This document shows positions 24,283-36,656 of a stretch of DNA of 64,000 nucleotides, one piece after another. This DNA comes from Felis catus. Taxonomy: Eukaryota. Each line of letters opens with the position of its first letter. The first letter of the stretch is position 1. The position numbers were made by a program, and so were the translations under genes. The notes under the pieces were generated by a model. It was not told where the DNA came from. It saw only the letters and a list, made by a program, of their open reading frames with translations, and made no database searches. The DNA is taken from NCBI RefSeq assembly GCF_018350175.1, contig NC_058368.1, positions 79,486,001 to 79,550,000 on the forward strand. The letters run 5' to 3'.

Positions 24283-25741
24283 GAGGAACAGGAACAGGTG
24301 GAGGCAGATCTGGGGGCGAAGTGACCCACAAGTTGAGGGCTTTGGCCTGATGATTTCTGTTTTCTTGGAAAGTCGAAGTCAAGCTTAGCTGCTTGGTGTG
24401 GAGGTCGGGGAAGGGACAGGGGGAGAATCGCTGTGGGTTTAAAATGACCCCCGAGAAGAACGGGGAGGGGGCACCGGCACCCGGCTGCTTGGACACCATC
24501 CGTCACAGCCACAGCCCCTCACGTCCTTGTACGGTTTCCAGGGAGCTCCGGGGGAGCCCGGAGAGGCGGGGGAGAGGCCGGGGGCTAAGAGGGAGGCTCT
24601 TCCCCAGCAGGTGCTGCTGTCCTGACTGCAAGCAGCCCACCCAGGTTACCAGCCCCCCAGTGATCCCCGTGGGCTGTCTAGTGATGCATGGGGGGGGTGG
24701 GGTCAGCGCCGGAGGAACAATGCAGTTGGGAGGTTTTGCTCCGTAAAGCAAACAAGATTCGTCAGTTCGAACCATAGAAAATCTGGCAAATAGGTAAGAT
24801 GACTTGACCCTGTTCCCAGAACACTTGAGCCCCACCCAGCAGCTTTGTCTCCGATGTGTTTTTACTCTGTGTCAAAAACGTTCTCTAATAGGTTCCAGGA
24901 CATAACGAACCCGTTAGCACCAGACTTTTCTCACTTTGCCAGCAACGGGGAGAATCCAGCTCTGGGACAGGGCCCACTGCGGCACAAACCTGCGAGCACC
25001 CCCACATGCTGAGGCTTCTTGGGACACGGAACATCCCAGAACACGTGAGGGTTGAGCAACCTAGTCCGATCTCAGAAAGCTGCCTGAAGAGAGGGACGTG
25101 GGGCTGGAGAGAAACCCAACAGCTTTCAGAACATGGGGCACAATGTGCCGTCCTCGCATTAGATTTCACTTACTCAGGATAGAAGCCTGCGGATAAAGGG
25201 GCTTGGGTACTGCCCCTGTGGGCCTCAGTACCCCCCCTCCCGCCGGGTGGAAAACCGAGTGCACAGAGAAATTGCTCCTGTGTGAAAGGGCGCTTGGCCC
25301 GCCGTCAAGTCTAAGTTTGTAACAGGAGCAGGAAGGGGCGGGTGTGCTTCCAGCGAGACAGCCAGCAGGTCGACTGGGGAAAAGGTGATGTTTACTGCAA
25401 GGCTCCGGTGGGGACCATGAGTTTTCTGCTGCTTGGGGGCTGGAAGCACAGCGGACTGCTCAGAGCCCCTGCCATCACCCCGCAGGACGGCTCTGCTACC
25501 TTTAGGCCAAAGGGAAAAGTTAGGCAAGCATCTGAGAAAATAGAAGATTAATATCTGGAGCCCACGGAGCCTGTGTCAACAGGAGAAAATGAAGGGAAGG
25601 GTTGAGAAAATAGACCAGGCAGGGCTGCCCGAAAGTCCCTCCTTGAGAAGGGGTCCCACTGGCTTGGATTCGCCTTCTGTGTTGGTTAAATATGCTGGAA
25701 TCCACTGGGAATGAATACCCAGGGCAGTATCTCATGACCTT

Positions 25742-26082
25742 GGGAGGAGGGGAGAAAGGGAAAGAGGAGAGGGAGGGACCAAGAAAGGGAGGGGGAAGAG
25801 GGGGGCGGAAGGAGAGAAGGAGGGGGAAGGGGGAGGGGAGGAGGGAGGAGAGGGGAGGGGAGGAGGGAGGAGAGAGGAGGGGAGGAGGGAGGAGAGGGGA
25901 GGGGAGGAGGGAGGAGAGGGGAGGGGAGGAGGGAGGAGAGGGGAGGGGAGGAGGGAGGATGGGGAGGAGGGGTAAGGAGAAGGGGTAGGAGGGAGGGTAA
26001 GAGGGAAGGAGAGGAGGGGAGGGGAGGAGGAGGGAGGGGAGGAGGGAGGGGAGGAGGGAGGGGAGGAGGGAGGGGAGGAGGG
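25742..26082. repeat. G/A-rich polypurine low-complexity tract
   Basis: About 340 bp, almost purely purine, with internal (GGAGGGAGG)-type periodicity. Confidence 0.93.
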
Positions 26083-27220
26083 CCGTATAGATAAATCCAC
26101 ATGGTATTATAGGGGTGATCGTGCATTTCCTACATTCCTTTAGTTTATGCTCCTGATATTTGCTGTTTGTTAAATAATTGCAGCCAGGTCTTTATAAATC
26201 TCTTGGAGCAAACTGAACTTTTTGAGGCCAAATATAAGAGATGTTGGACCAAAGGCACTGGGGCAAATCCCAACTTCTGTATTTAAAGGGTAATGTCGTA
26301 GCTGACATTTTGGGGTGTGACAGAACAGCCAACACCAACTGAAGCATTGAACAATTATTTGGGGCACTTTGATCAATGGAAAAAGTGAATCTTCAATACA
26401 CAGAGAAAAACAAAAACAAAATCGAGTAAAACCCATCCCTCCTCATTTGCAGTAACCCATCTCTGGGCATAAATGGTCTTGGGAAAATGCTTCACCTCAG
26501 GATTTTGACAATCCAGCTGAACCATCAGGTCTAAGCAGGGGTTCTTAAATTTAGGTGAAACATCAGAATGTTACAATTAAGAAATATAATAAAACGCTGA
26601 TATGTAACTCTACTTTCAAAACTAGGATTTTTCTTGCTAGTGTTTAAAAGTGTGTCAAGATTGAGAGCAGCTGATACAAGGTCACGACCAGTAAAGGACA
26701 CATATCCTTGCAGATCCCTCCCTCACACCAGTACGCCAGCTGTCTCCAAGGTATTCCGAGGGCTTAGTACTGGCCACTCACCTCTAATCAGTTTCTGTGC
26801 TTTGTGGTAGATCAGCAGTAGAATGTGCCAAAGATTTAAGAAAAAGTTACGAGGGAACTTTTCCAATTGAGAAGATTGTATCCATTTTCTCGACTACATG
26901 TGTGTAGTGGCCACCAAAGAGGTTGGGGAACCATTGTCCTCAGACATCCCCCACTTCCTGCGTTCTGTCTGAGAATATGCTAGAATGTACCTTTCAGAAT
27001 AAGCACTCTCTGCCTGCAAGAGGGAGGCCACCCTGATTTCTCACCTGGCTCTGATCTCATTATCTATTTTTTACCTTTTCCCTGTGCATTTGTGAGACAC
27101 TGTACATCATTTTTGGAAGAGATATAAACGAGTTATTTAGATGAAACACAAACAGAAACAAATGAGGGAAGACACGGATTTTGGTGTCCAGGAATCCAGA
27201 GTGGAGCCACCCGTCAATCT

Positions 27221-27580
27221 TTCATCCATTCAGCGACCGGTTTGTGGGGACTTATTCTGTCTGTGCCAGACGCTGCTCCAGGCCAGTAATAATGCAGGAC
27301 GTCAAATACACCGAGTACCTGTTCCCACGGAACTGACCGACATTCGGGAGGGAGAAACAGGAGGCCGTGAGGCTGCACTTGGTAATCCGGTGTGGCAGGT
27401 GGCAGCGAGGACAATGGCGGAAAACAAGCAGGACGTCGGGAACGGAGAGGGAGGGCTTGCCTAGGCGGGCAGGGAAGACCCAAAGATAAGGTGACGTTTA
27501 AACAGGGAACTGAAAGAAAAACCCAGGGTAGGGCATGTGCTACCTGGGACAAGGGCATGGCGGGAAGGGCTGGCAGGTGT
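27221..27580 (-). mobile_element. L2 fragment
   Basis: Starts TTCATCCATTCA, continues TGTGCCAGAC.CTG.TC.AGG, and later AAGGTGACGTTTAAACAG. Confidence 0.5.
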
Positions 27581-29269
27581 CCAGCCGGGGGCCGGACTTG
27601 AACCCCCCTGGAATGTTGGGTCCAAAGCCTTTGGAGCTTTATACATTTCCACAGCCTCCAAATGGCTTCCCTTCTGAGATGAGTATAAAGTCAAAGTCCT
27701 TAGGATTGCATTTCTCTGTCTTTCCGGAATCCCCATGCTGTTCCCACCAGACATGCCTCATGGGCAGCCTCAGATGCAGGCTTCTGGCATCCCTTGTATG
27801 GTTTCCACTGACTGACGTGCGCTGCTTGGCGGCCGGAAAGCTCAGAGACCGCAGAGGTGCAGCACGCCTGTGTCGAGAAGGTACCTTGCTCCTGCCGCCC
27901 CGACAACTTTCACAGAGCTTCCCGGCCTCACCTAGGCTCCCTTGAAACCAGCGCCAGGAACGCACGCGAATGAAGGGGAGCAGGGTCGTGGTTCCGTTGC
28001 ACTCAGAACACCTGCCCGTGGGCTTCTCCGCAGAAGGCCTGGCGTCCACGGCACTGGCAACATCCCAGGCGCCTGCCCAGGGTGACTGGCCCCGGGAAAA
28101 CCCACCTGCCCCCCAAGCCCCTCTCGCAAAAGGTTTACCCCCTGCCTTTGGCCTCCTGGTCCCACCCGATCCCTTTCTAGAACAGCTCCTCCAGAATGCT
28201 TGTCCTCGCTCACTGGGAATGGCAAGGAGGAACCTTGCCCTGTCTGTCCCAGGCCAGGCCTCAGTCTGTTGGGGATCGCACGCTCGTGGAAGTTTCACTA
28301 ACAGCAGGGCACCGACCCCTGCACACAACGGAAAAACTCCCTCTGTCCTCATAACCGGAAGCAGTCCGTGGCCATTACTAGAAAGCTACCTTTGTGCAGA
28401 AATGCGGAAAATATAACCGTAATTCCCCGTGCAGCTGAGAGAGTGCCAACCTTGACACTGAGGCAGGTACGGGGCTCCCACCTCACCCTACAGCCGCGTG
28501 TTTACTCCACGGCCGGGGGTCCCGGCTCCCCGCCACTGAAACTGCTGCCCGGGAAGAACGGACCCATAGAGTAGAAGGTATGTCTTCTCCGCCGCAAAAC
28601 CAACACCAAGGCTGGTGCAGACGGGGCGTTTATCTAGAACTCTCCTCCCTCACACCCTGTGACCGGTCGCCTGTGCGTCGCTCGCGCAGGGAAAGTGACA
28701 GGCAGCACAGCCCCTGCTGCCCGACAGAAACGGTCGCTCACAGTACATTAGAGGGGATGGTAAGGAGGATGGGCCCCCACGGACTTGGATGTATTAAATC
28801 TTTAAAAAAAATATCCAAAGCAGTGCGGCAAAATGCTAATAACGTGCAGGGACGCTGGGTGGTGAGGATATGAGTGCTTGTAGTACTAATCTTTCATGTG
28901 TATACTTTTAATAAAATATGTATCTAATAATTACAATATAATAAATAGTGAGTGATAGTAACAATGAAATACATTGATAAAAGACCGCCAGGTGCTTTGA
29001 GCTCACTCCTTCAGGTGGCTAAGCTGTCTGAGCATTTGTTGATCTACAGCGTTTGCGGTGAATATGCAGACCCCTCCCTTCTCTGCCCAGGGGTTCTCAA
29101 AAAGCAGACAACATACAACCTCAGTCACTGCGTTGATTTCTCATAAATGGATATTAGAAGAGAAGGTAACTAAAAGTTCCAGAGTGCCATCCCAACCCGC
29201 CACCCTTCTGGGAGAAGACATTTCTTCCTCTGTGCTAGAATTTGCCGGTGGTGCAGACATGTGCTCACA

Positions 29270-29698
29270 GGCCCCGGACCCCAGCCCTCAGGCCCCAGGC
29301 CCCAGCCCCCAGGCCCCAGGTCCCAGCCCCAGGCCCCAGGCCCCAGACCCAGCCCCCAGGCCCCAGGCCCCAGCCCCCAGGTCCCAGGCCCCAGCCCTAG
29401 CCCCCAGCCCCAGCCCCCAACCCCCAGCCCCCAGGCCCTAGACACCAGCCCCCAGACCCAGCCCCCAAACCAAGCCCCCAGCCCCCAGGCCCCAGCCCTA
29501 GTCCCCAGCCCCAGTCACCAGATCCCAGGCCCCAGCCCCCAGCCCCCAGCCCCCAGGCCCCAGCCCCCATGACCCAGGTCCCCGCCCCAGGCCCCGGGTC
29601 CTAGATCCAGCCCCCAGGCCCCAGCCCCAGGCCCTGGACCCAGCCCCCAGGCACCAGCCCCCAGCCCCCCAGACTCCAGCCCGCAGGCCCCAGGCCCT
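29270..29698. repeat. (CCCCAG)/(CCCCAGG)n degenerate GC-skewed tandem repeat
   Basis: About 430 bp of alternating 6- and 7-mer units. Confidence 0.95.
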
Positions 29699-30220
29699 GT
29701 GGCCGAGAGCTGCTGGAAGCCTGGCCTGGGTTGCAGGCACTGCTCAGGCCTCAGACATCAGAGCACAAGTCAGGTGCCTGGCATTTCCTGCCTTGTTACT
29801 TCTATCTTCTGTGCGCTCAGTGTAAATCCTTGCTTGCCTCAACATTGCAAGCGGAATTCTGGGTTGTGGTGTGCTCTTCTGAATGTCGATTTTTTTCCCT
29901 GCCTTTAGCATGACCACTGAAGCCACCTGCCGCTGTGTGAATTACCCTCTGGTGGTTTCTCCCAGCCCTGCTGGAGCAGTGAGGCTGGCTGATGCTGCTA
30001 GAGCCCCAGCTCCCACCAGGGCAGGTGAACAGAGGCCTCTGCGAGCACAGGTCCATCAGTCCTTGCAGAGCTAGTGCGGGAGGGCGGCGCTTGGCTGCCA
30101 AGAAGGAGGCCGTGGGGAGGCCGGGGGCTTGTCCTTGAAGTTTCTGTGCCCTGCACCACAAGTCGGTCCTGGCAGTGACCAGGGGACAGTGGAAAGGGGA
30201 GACAAAAGCCAACCATTCTT

Positions 30221-30367
30221 GGGGCACCTGAGGGGCTCAGTCAGTTAAGGATCTGACTTGATTTTGGCTCAGATCATGATCTCACAGTTTGTGGGTTCAA
30301 GCCCCACATCAGGCTCTGAGCTGACAGTGTTCTCTCTCTCTCTCTCTCAAAAATAAACATAAAAAAA
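30221..30367 (+). mobile_element. Can-SINE with internal deletion
   Basis: Body jumps from CTGACAG to the (CT)n tract. TSD AAAAGCCAACCATT(C/T)TT at 30204-30220 and 30368-30384. Confidence 0.92.
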
Positions 30368-30969
30368 AAAAGCCAACCATTTTTCATTCTCCTAACATGG
30401 TTCTTACCTTGACATCAGCCCCCAGGTAGGAGGGGAAGGCCCCTGCCAATGGAGAAGTATCTCCACAGACAGGAGCTGGGACCCGCCACCTGCCCGGAGT
30501 GAGCAGCAGTCACAATGTCCCCTGTGTGTATGTTACACTCTCCTGGGCCAATGTGTGCTCGGAGACAGAGGCAGATCTTGCAGATGGACCAGAGCATTTC
30601 TCAAGAGAAAGCAAACAGCACCTTAGTGCCTCTCCCTAATTCTCCCCAGGACTTCTTTAAAGTACTTAAGAAGCCCTTGGGAAGCCATCCAAGGGCGAGA
30701 TCTTTCTACGCGGGTTTCTGTATTTTTCACCACTGCCACACCCACCTAGAACGGAACAGAAAAACCGTCAGTGACTCGGCTGTGCCCTTGCAAAGCTTTC
30801 ACTTCACAGGAACGACTTTCTTTTCCTATGCTAGTTCCACGTGATGCCGGGCAAAGCCTCTCGCACCTGAGCTCAGGTGAACCGCAGTCACTAAATGCTG
30901 TGCCCTGTAAATGATGTGCCTCATTATTTTGCACGCTGGCCTCACACTGTCAAACCCGGTCTGTTTCTT

Positions 30970-31188
30970 ATTTTTATTTTTTTTAAGTTTTATTTTATTT
31001 ATTTATTTAGAGAAAGAGAGAGAGAAAGCGTGTGCACGAGAGGAGGGAGGGACACAGAGAGGGAGAGAGGGAATCCCAAGCAGGCTCTGAGCTCCCAGCG
31101 CAAAGCCGGACCTGGGACTCAATCTCACCGAGATCATGACCGAAACCAAGAGTCAGGCACAACCGACTGAGCCCCCCCAGGCGCCCCC
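30970..31188 (-). mobile_element. Can-SINE, older subfamily
   Basis: Reverse complement with GAATCCCAAGCAGG and AAACCAAGAGTC. Confidence 0.9.
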
Positions 31189-31573
31189 AGATCTGTTTTT
31201 AAATGTGGGTTATGACCCACTGAATTGATTGTAATGACCTGCAGAGAGTCAGGACCCCACAGCCTGGGAAACCCTGGTTCCAAAACCTTCCAGCTCAGCA
31301 CAGGGGTGAGGGATGGAGAGGACACCCCCCCTTTCCCTGTCCCCCATCGCTGGGTGACGTCTCAGCATCTCAGAGGACAGGCAGCCGTTCGTGAAGGGTC
31401 AGAGCTGCCGAAATCAAAGCCTCACTTGTAGACTCCAAGGCAATTTTGTTTTGTGAGAGTATAAAAAACCCCAAGTTTCCGTAAAGACGGAAGATAAACG
31501 CGTAGAAAACTCCCCTGCCCTCTCCATGCTATCACTGCTTGCTCCGTCCGCCCAGTGATGTCTCCTCTAAGCC

Positions 31574-31790
31574 ACAGGTCGGCAATCCGCGGCCCAGGGA
31601 CCAAATCTGGCCAACGCCTGTTTTTGTAGAGTCGTGTTGAGCAGGGCCACGCTCACTGGTTTATGTGTTGTCCGTGGACGTTTGCAGGCTACAATGGCAG
31701 AGCTAAGCAGTTAGGGCAGAGAGGTCTGACCCACAAGCCTAGAATATTTACTACCTGACTCTGTGCAGGGGGTGGAGAACACCCACCCTG
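31574..31790. mobile_element. MER58A-like hAT-Charlie MITE
   Basis: GTCGGCAA..C.CGGCCC..GG.CCAAATCTGGCC...CTGTTTTTGTA...GCTACAATGGCAGAG...AGCCTAGAATATTTACTA. Confidence 0.75.
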
Positions 31791-32509
31791 CCGTGAGCCG
31801 GCTCCAAGCCCTTGGGAAACACGGCTCCAAGGACTCAGAAGCTCTTTCCTCGTGTGATGTGTGCTCACAAACTGTTGACTGAGATAATGAGAAGGTGGGA
31901 TTATTTCCATTGCCATTTAGGAGTTAGAGCAAAGAGGTGGTAAAGTCATGCTTAGAAACGCTCCGTGTCTGATCCGTGTGAGATGACACGTCCCGCCGTG
32001 TCTTAGTTTCACCTAATGACACAGGAAAGTAACTGCGGGCTCTCTTTGGGATTATGGTCTGTTTGGGTGTCTTTGACCTAATTTTTAAAGTCTACAAAGA
32101 ATTCGCAACCTAGTTTACACCGTATTCATGATTATATTAAAATTGCCACCCAGGGACACTCCTTCTGGAAGCAAAGTGATGTTTATTCCAGAGCTTCAAG
32201 GACCCTGTAACAATAGGCCATCATGTTGCCTTCCTGGTGTCCTACCTCTGTTTGGAAAGCAGGGCCTTAAGGCAGAAGGACCATTGTCAGGAATTTCAAG
32301 CACAGGATTCCCAAGGGCTGGGCTGGGGACAAACGCACTAAGTCCCGTTAGTAAGGAACTTAAGCACAACCACAAAACCCACTAAAATACATCTGCCTTT
32401 ATTGTCACCAAAGCTAACCACCGTAAACCCAGTGATGAAATCCAAGCACAGGAAAGCATTCGCTGATCCAAGTTCCAAACAGCGGCTGCTTCACGGTTGA
32501 GTTTGGCGT

Positions 32510-32955
32510 GCTTTTGTGTTGAACTGTGTGTCCCCCCAAAAGCTGACGTTCAAGTCCTAACCACTGGTACCTGTGAGTGTGACTATTTAGCAATAGCGTC
32601 TTTGCAGATGTATTCAGGCTAAATTGGGTGGACCCTTAATCCAGTCTGACCGGTGTCCTTATGGGAAGGGAAACAGACCGGCAGGGAGAAGTTTGCAGGA
32701 TGGAAACGGGAGGCTGAGCCGCATCCTCACAAGCCAGGCAAGGCCAGCGGCTGCGGCTATGACAGCCCAAAAGCCTGACAGCCACGAGTGGGGCTTGGAG
32801 TAGATTCTCCGGTGCAGCTCCAGAAGGAACCCAGGCCTCCAGAACCCTAATCTTGGACTTCCGTCTTCCCTGAACAGGGGCAGAATAAAACCCTGTTGCC
32901 TTCAACTGCTCGGTGTGTGGGACCTTTGTTCCTACAGCCCTAGGGGACCAGTGCA
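32510..32955 (+). mobile_element. ERVL-MaLR solo LTR (MLT1B/C-like)
   Basis: TTGAACTGTGTGTCCCCCCAAAA...AAGTCCTAACC...GTCTTTGCAGATGTA...CTTGGACTTC...ACAGCCCTAGG. Confidence 0.8.
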
Positions 32956-33770
32956 GGCATGCCCGCGTCAGTTAGTGCATTTATATTTAGTAAACATCGG
33001 ATGCTACCTGCACTTTTATCCAGAGAACTCAGGTTAGGGGTAGGGGGGACCCTGCTCCAGGCTCAGCTACCTGCCTCCGTTTGGAGGGGGGATCCTGGTG
33101 GTACCCACCTGTTCAAGCGTGCACCGGGTACTTCTCCGGCCTCTGTGCTAAGACAGGTGCTTGCATCTGAACCCTAGGTTCTAAATAGGGACCAACAGTC
33201 CAGTAACTATAGAGGCAAGCACGGCTTGAGTTATTTCCACGCTGTCTTTCAAGGTGATTGTTTTTGAGCTTTTATTTATGGTTCAAATCTAAAACAGTGA
33301 GACAGAGCAAATTGCAAGACGGAATATTTTTTTGTGTGGCAGATGCAAATTCTAGTTCATGAAATATTTTACTGAGTCTGTACTGCTTAACTGCCATTTT
33401 TTGTTTGTTTAAGATTAAAGAACAAATCAAGAATACACGATTATTACCAATTGTTACACGATCGTCACTAAAAATAATTGTGTTGCATGGAGGAGGGGGG
33501 GTTAGAATCACCTTGCGGGTGTGTCGAATATTCTGGGGGTGCCGCTGGGGGGGGGCAGCCTGCAGACGCCCGACGTATCAGCCCCGTGGAGGACATCTCT
33601 TATCTATGTGACTGTAAAGAAGCACGTGGTGGCACTCAGGTTTTAGGGATACAGAGGTTACAAAAGTAACACGTGTAGTCTCTGTCTGCAAGCAGCCTGT
33701 CGTTTATGGGAGACACTAACATGGAGATGATGATACGCACAGTTACGCTTTCCAAACCTGGCTGTGTGTG

Positions 33771-34358
33771 TGCCGTGGACGGAACGCTTGGGTCCCCTCC
33801 CAGGTTCGTATGTTGACACCTAGCCTCCAGCGTGATGGGGTCAGGAAATCACACCTTGGGGAGGTGACTGGATTGGGAGAGGGCAGTCCCCATGAATGGC
33901 ATGAGTGTCCTCACACAAGCCCCCCACCCACCCGCCGCCCCATGCCAGGTGAGGACCCCGGGAGAAGAAGGCTGTCTGTGAACCAGGAAGTGGCCCCTCC
34001 TCATCAGACATCCAATCTGAAACTTCCCAGCCCCCAGAACTGTAAGAAATAAGCTTGCGGGGGCGCCTGGGGGGCTCAGTTGGTTAAGTACCCGACTTCA
34101 GCTCACGTCATGATCTCGCGGTTCACAAGTTCGAGCCCCACGTCCGGCTCTGTGCTGACAGCTCGGAGCTTGGAGCCTGCTTTGGTTTCTGTCTCTGTTT
34201 CTCTGCCCCTCCTCTGCTCACGCTCTCTCTCTCTCTCTCTCCAAACTAAAAATAAACATTAAAAAAAATTTTTTTTTCAAGAAATAAGCTTGTGTCATTT
34301 ATAAGCCCTCCAGCCTCTGGTGTTTATTTATTACAACAGCCCACATGACTAAGACTAC
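33771..34358 (+). mobile_element. ERVL-MaLR solo LTR (MLT1A-like), interrupted by a SINE
   Basis: GTCCCC...TTCGTATGTTGA, TGAACCAGGAAG, CAGAACTGTAAGAAATAA [SINE] TTTATAAGCC...CAGCCC...GACTAAGAC. Confidence 0.78.
34059..34278 (+). mobile_element. Can-SINE
   Basis: Perfect 14-bp TSD AAGAAATAAGCTTG at 34044-34057 and 34279-34292. Confidence 0.95.
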
Positions 34359-34377
34359 ATCAGAAGCAACTACAAGT

Positions 34378-35030
34378 CTTATAAAGTTAAACATGCCCTT
34401 ATCATATGACCCAGCAATCCTACTCCGGGGCATTAGCCCTAAAGAAATAAAAATGTGTGTCCACACAAAAACCTGTGCATGAATGTTTATAACAGTTCCA
34501 CTCATAATTGTCCCAGACTGGAAACACCCAAAATGTCCCCCAACAGGGGAGTGAATACAGCAGCACCTGGGTACAATGGAATCTAAGTCAGCCATAGAAA
34601 GAAGGAACTTGACACGCTCACCAATGTGGGTTAATTTTTTTTTAATGTTCATTTATTTTTGAGACAGCACAAGCAGGGGAGGAGCAGAGAGAGAGGGAGA
34701 CAGAGAATTCAAAGCAGACCCTATGCTGACAGCAGAGAGCCCAATGCAGGACTTGAACCCACAAACCATGAGATCATGACCAGAGCCTAAGTCAGTCAGC
34801 GCCCCCACCAACGTGGATGAATCGTAAAGGCGTTGTGATGAACGAATGGAGCCAATATTGAAAGCCTGTATTCTGTAGGATTACATTTGTAGGGCATTAA
34901 GGAAAAGACAAACCCTCAGGGTGGAGAATAGATTAGCGGTGACCAGGGACAGGGGACAGCTGGGGGAGTGCTTGGGGTGGTCCCAAGAGTCTAGACACAT
35001 GTGACAACAGATAGAACGGCACACCAAAAG
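34378..35030 (+). mobile_element. L1M (MB/MC-like) ORF2-end and 3' UTR fragment, interrupted by a SINE
   Basis: CATATGACCCAGCAATCCTACTCC...GTCCACACAAAAACCTGT...CTGGAAACA.CC.AAATGTCC, classic L1 3' motifs. Confidence 0.82.
34635..34806 (-). mobile_element. Can-SINE, partially deleted
   Basis: Reverse-complement body. Degenerate TSD CACCAAYGTGG on both sides. Confidence 0.85.
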
Positions 35031-35761
35031 AAAACGTCACCCTAAGTATGTGGTTGAAAGGCCTGAGTGGTAGAAAAGTAGGCAAAGATGGGACGGTGAA
35101 AAACTCGAAGGGACTTTAAATGAATTTCAAATGCAATGGGGAAATTAAAGATTTTTAATCATGAGAGAAACACCATTAGGTTTGGGTTTTACTGGGATCA
35201 TTCTGCAGACGGTATGGAAGAGTGGTCCAAGAGGGTTACAACAAAGAGAATTAGTATTCCATTGCAAGAGAGATCAATTAAGGACAAGGGATAATGAATT
35301 CAGCTCTGGACATACTGAGGTAGAGACATTTACGGGACATTGAAGCAAAGACGTCTCCAGGGCACTGAAGACAGGAGTCAGAGACTCCGGAAAGAGGTCT
35401 GAGCGAATAGTGACAATCTGGTGGTTGAATTTACACATGGGATGAAGCTGCCTTTGATAAACCGAATTCATTTCATCCCAGCCTTGACTTTTCCCTTTTC
35501 CTTCCCAAAACAGTGGGCCACTTGATATCCGGCCAGAGTATGGCAAAACCCTGACCCACAGGAGATTCTCTACAAACTGAGGTCCCTTATCCAAGCCTTC
35601 CAACCACTTGAAAACTATCCCCCTATAATACATGTTTCAAAAATGTACAGCTAATCTAGTGTGCAACTGAAATTATTATTTCCAGGGTCCAATTGCCAGG
35701 TATGAGAGCCTCAGATTTGCAGCTCCCTCGATTCCTTCCAGGTAAATCTCAGCAAATGAAA

Positions 35762-35766
35762 AACGA

Positions 35767-35806
<40 letters not shown>

Positions 35807-35998
35807 AATATATATGCCGGAAAGAAAGAGTATATAAGAATATATATACGTATATATACACATATATATGTATATATATGTATATATATATGTGTGTGTA
35901 TATATACATATATATACATATATATACGTATATATGTGTATATACATACATATGTGTGTATATATATATATACACACACACACATATATACATATATA

Positions 35999-36037
<39 letters not shown>
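35762..36037. repeat. (GAAA)n plus long compound (TA/TG/CA)n microsatellite
   Basis: Seen directly in the sequence. Confidence 0.95.
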
Positions 36038-36040
<3 letters not shown>

Positions 36041-36085
36041 AAACTTGCTCCCTGGTTTATAGATTTCTTAAGAATTGTATTTTGC

Positions 36086-36258
36086 AGGGCATCTGGGTGG
36101 CTCAGTTGGTTGAGCATCTGACCCTTGATTTCGGCTCAGGTCATGATCCCAGGGTTGTGGGATCAAGCTCCATATCGGGCTCTGCTTGGGATTCTCTCTT
36201 TTTCCCTCTCTCTTGGCCCACCCCCCTCAAACTAAATAAATAAAAATGAAAAAAAAAA
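36086..36258 (+). mobile_element. Can-SINE, older subfamily
   Basis: TSD TGTATTTTGC at 36076-36085 and 36259-36268. Confidence 0.9.
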
Positions 36259-36432
36259 TGTATTTTGCTTAGTAAATTTTGAAAGAGGGGGCACAGTGCC
36301 TCCAAAAATGCAGCAAAAGAATAAATGGTCTAGAGCTGAAGGTGTAGACTCTTAAAGGGAATAAAATCATGTTCGGGACAGTGGGGAAGAATGAGGGTGT
36401 GTTGCTCTTTTCTCATTTAAAACAGAGCTCAT

Positions 36433-36459
36433 CTTTTTCCATTTTTTTAAATATTCATT

Positions 36460-36498
<39 letters not shown>

Positions 36499-36656
36499 AG
36501 GGGAGGGGGAGAGAGAGGGGGAGACACAGAATCCGAAGCAGGCTCCAGGCTCCGAGCTGTCAGCCCAGAGCCCGATACGAGGCTCGAACGCACGAACCGT
36601 GAGATCATGACCTGAGCCGAAGTCGGACACTCGATCGACTGCGCCACCCAGGCGCC
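36433..36656 (-). mobile_element. Can-SINE
   Basis: TSD AAAAC(A/G)GAGCTCAT at 36419-36432 and 36657-36670. Confidence 0.93.

Noticed and set aside
23703..24512. 269-aa minus-strand ORF
   Set aside because: It spans an MLT1 LTR in GC-rich, stop-poor DNA. No homology recognised.
26537..26936. Possible hAT-Charlie element ends (CAGGGGTTCTTAA ... TTGGGGAACCATTG)
   Set aside because: The termini are only loosely inverted and I cannot assign the interior. A Dfam search is needed.
27639..28416. Overlapping 237-aa and 148-aa ORFs
   Set aside because: GC-rich sequence open in several frames on both strands, with no splice or codon evidence.
29270..29698. Resemblance to an immunoglobulin switch region or telomere-like repeat
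   Set aside because: It lacks GAGCT pentamer arrays and TTAGGG units, is far too short, and no Ig constant exons are nearby.
29058..29740. Pro/Gln/Ala-rich and Gly/Trp-rich ORFs resembling mucin or extensin
   Set aside because: A by-product of the stop-free (CCCCAG)n tract.
35676..36243. Tyr/Ile/Cys-rich ORFs
   Set aside because: Translations of the TA/TG microsatellite.
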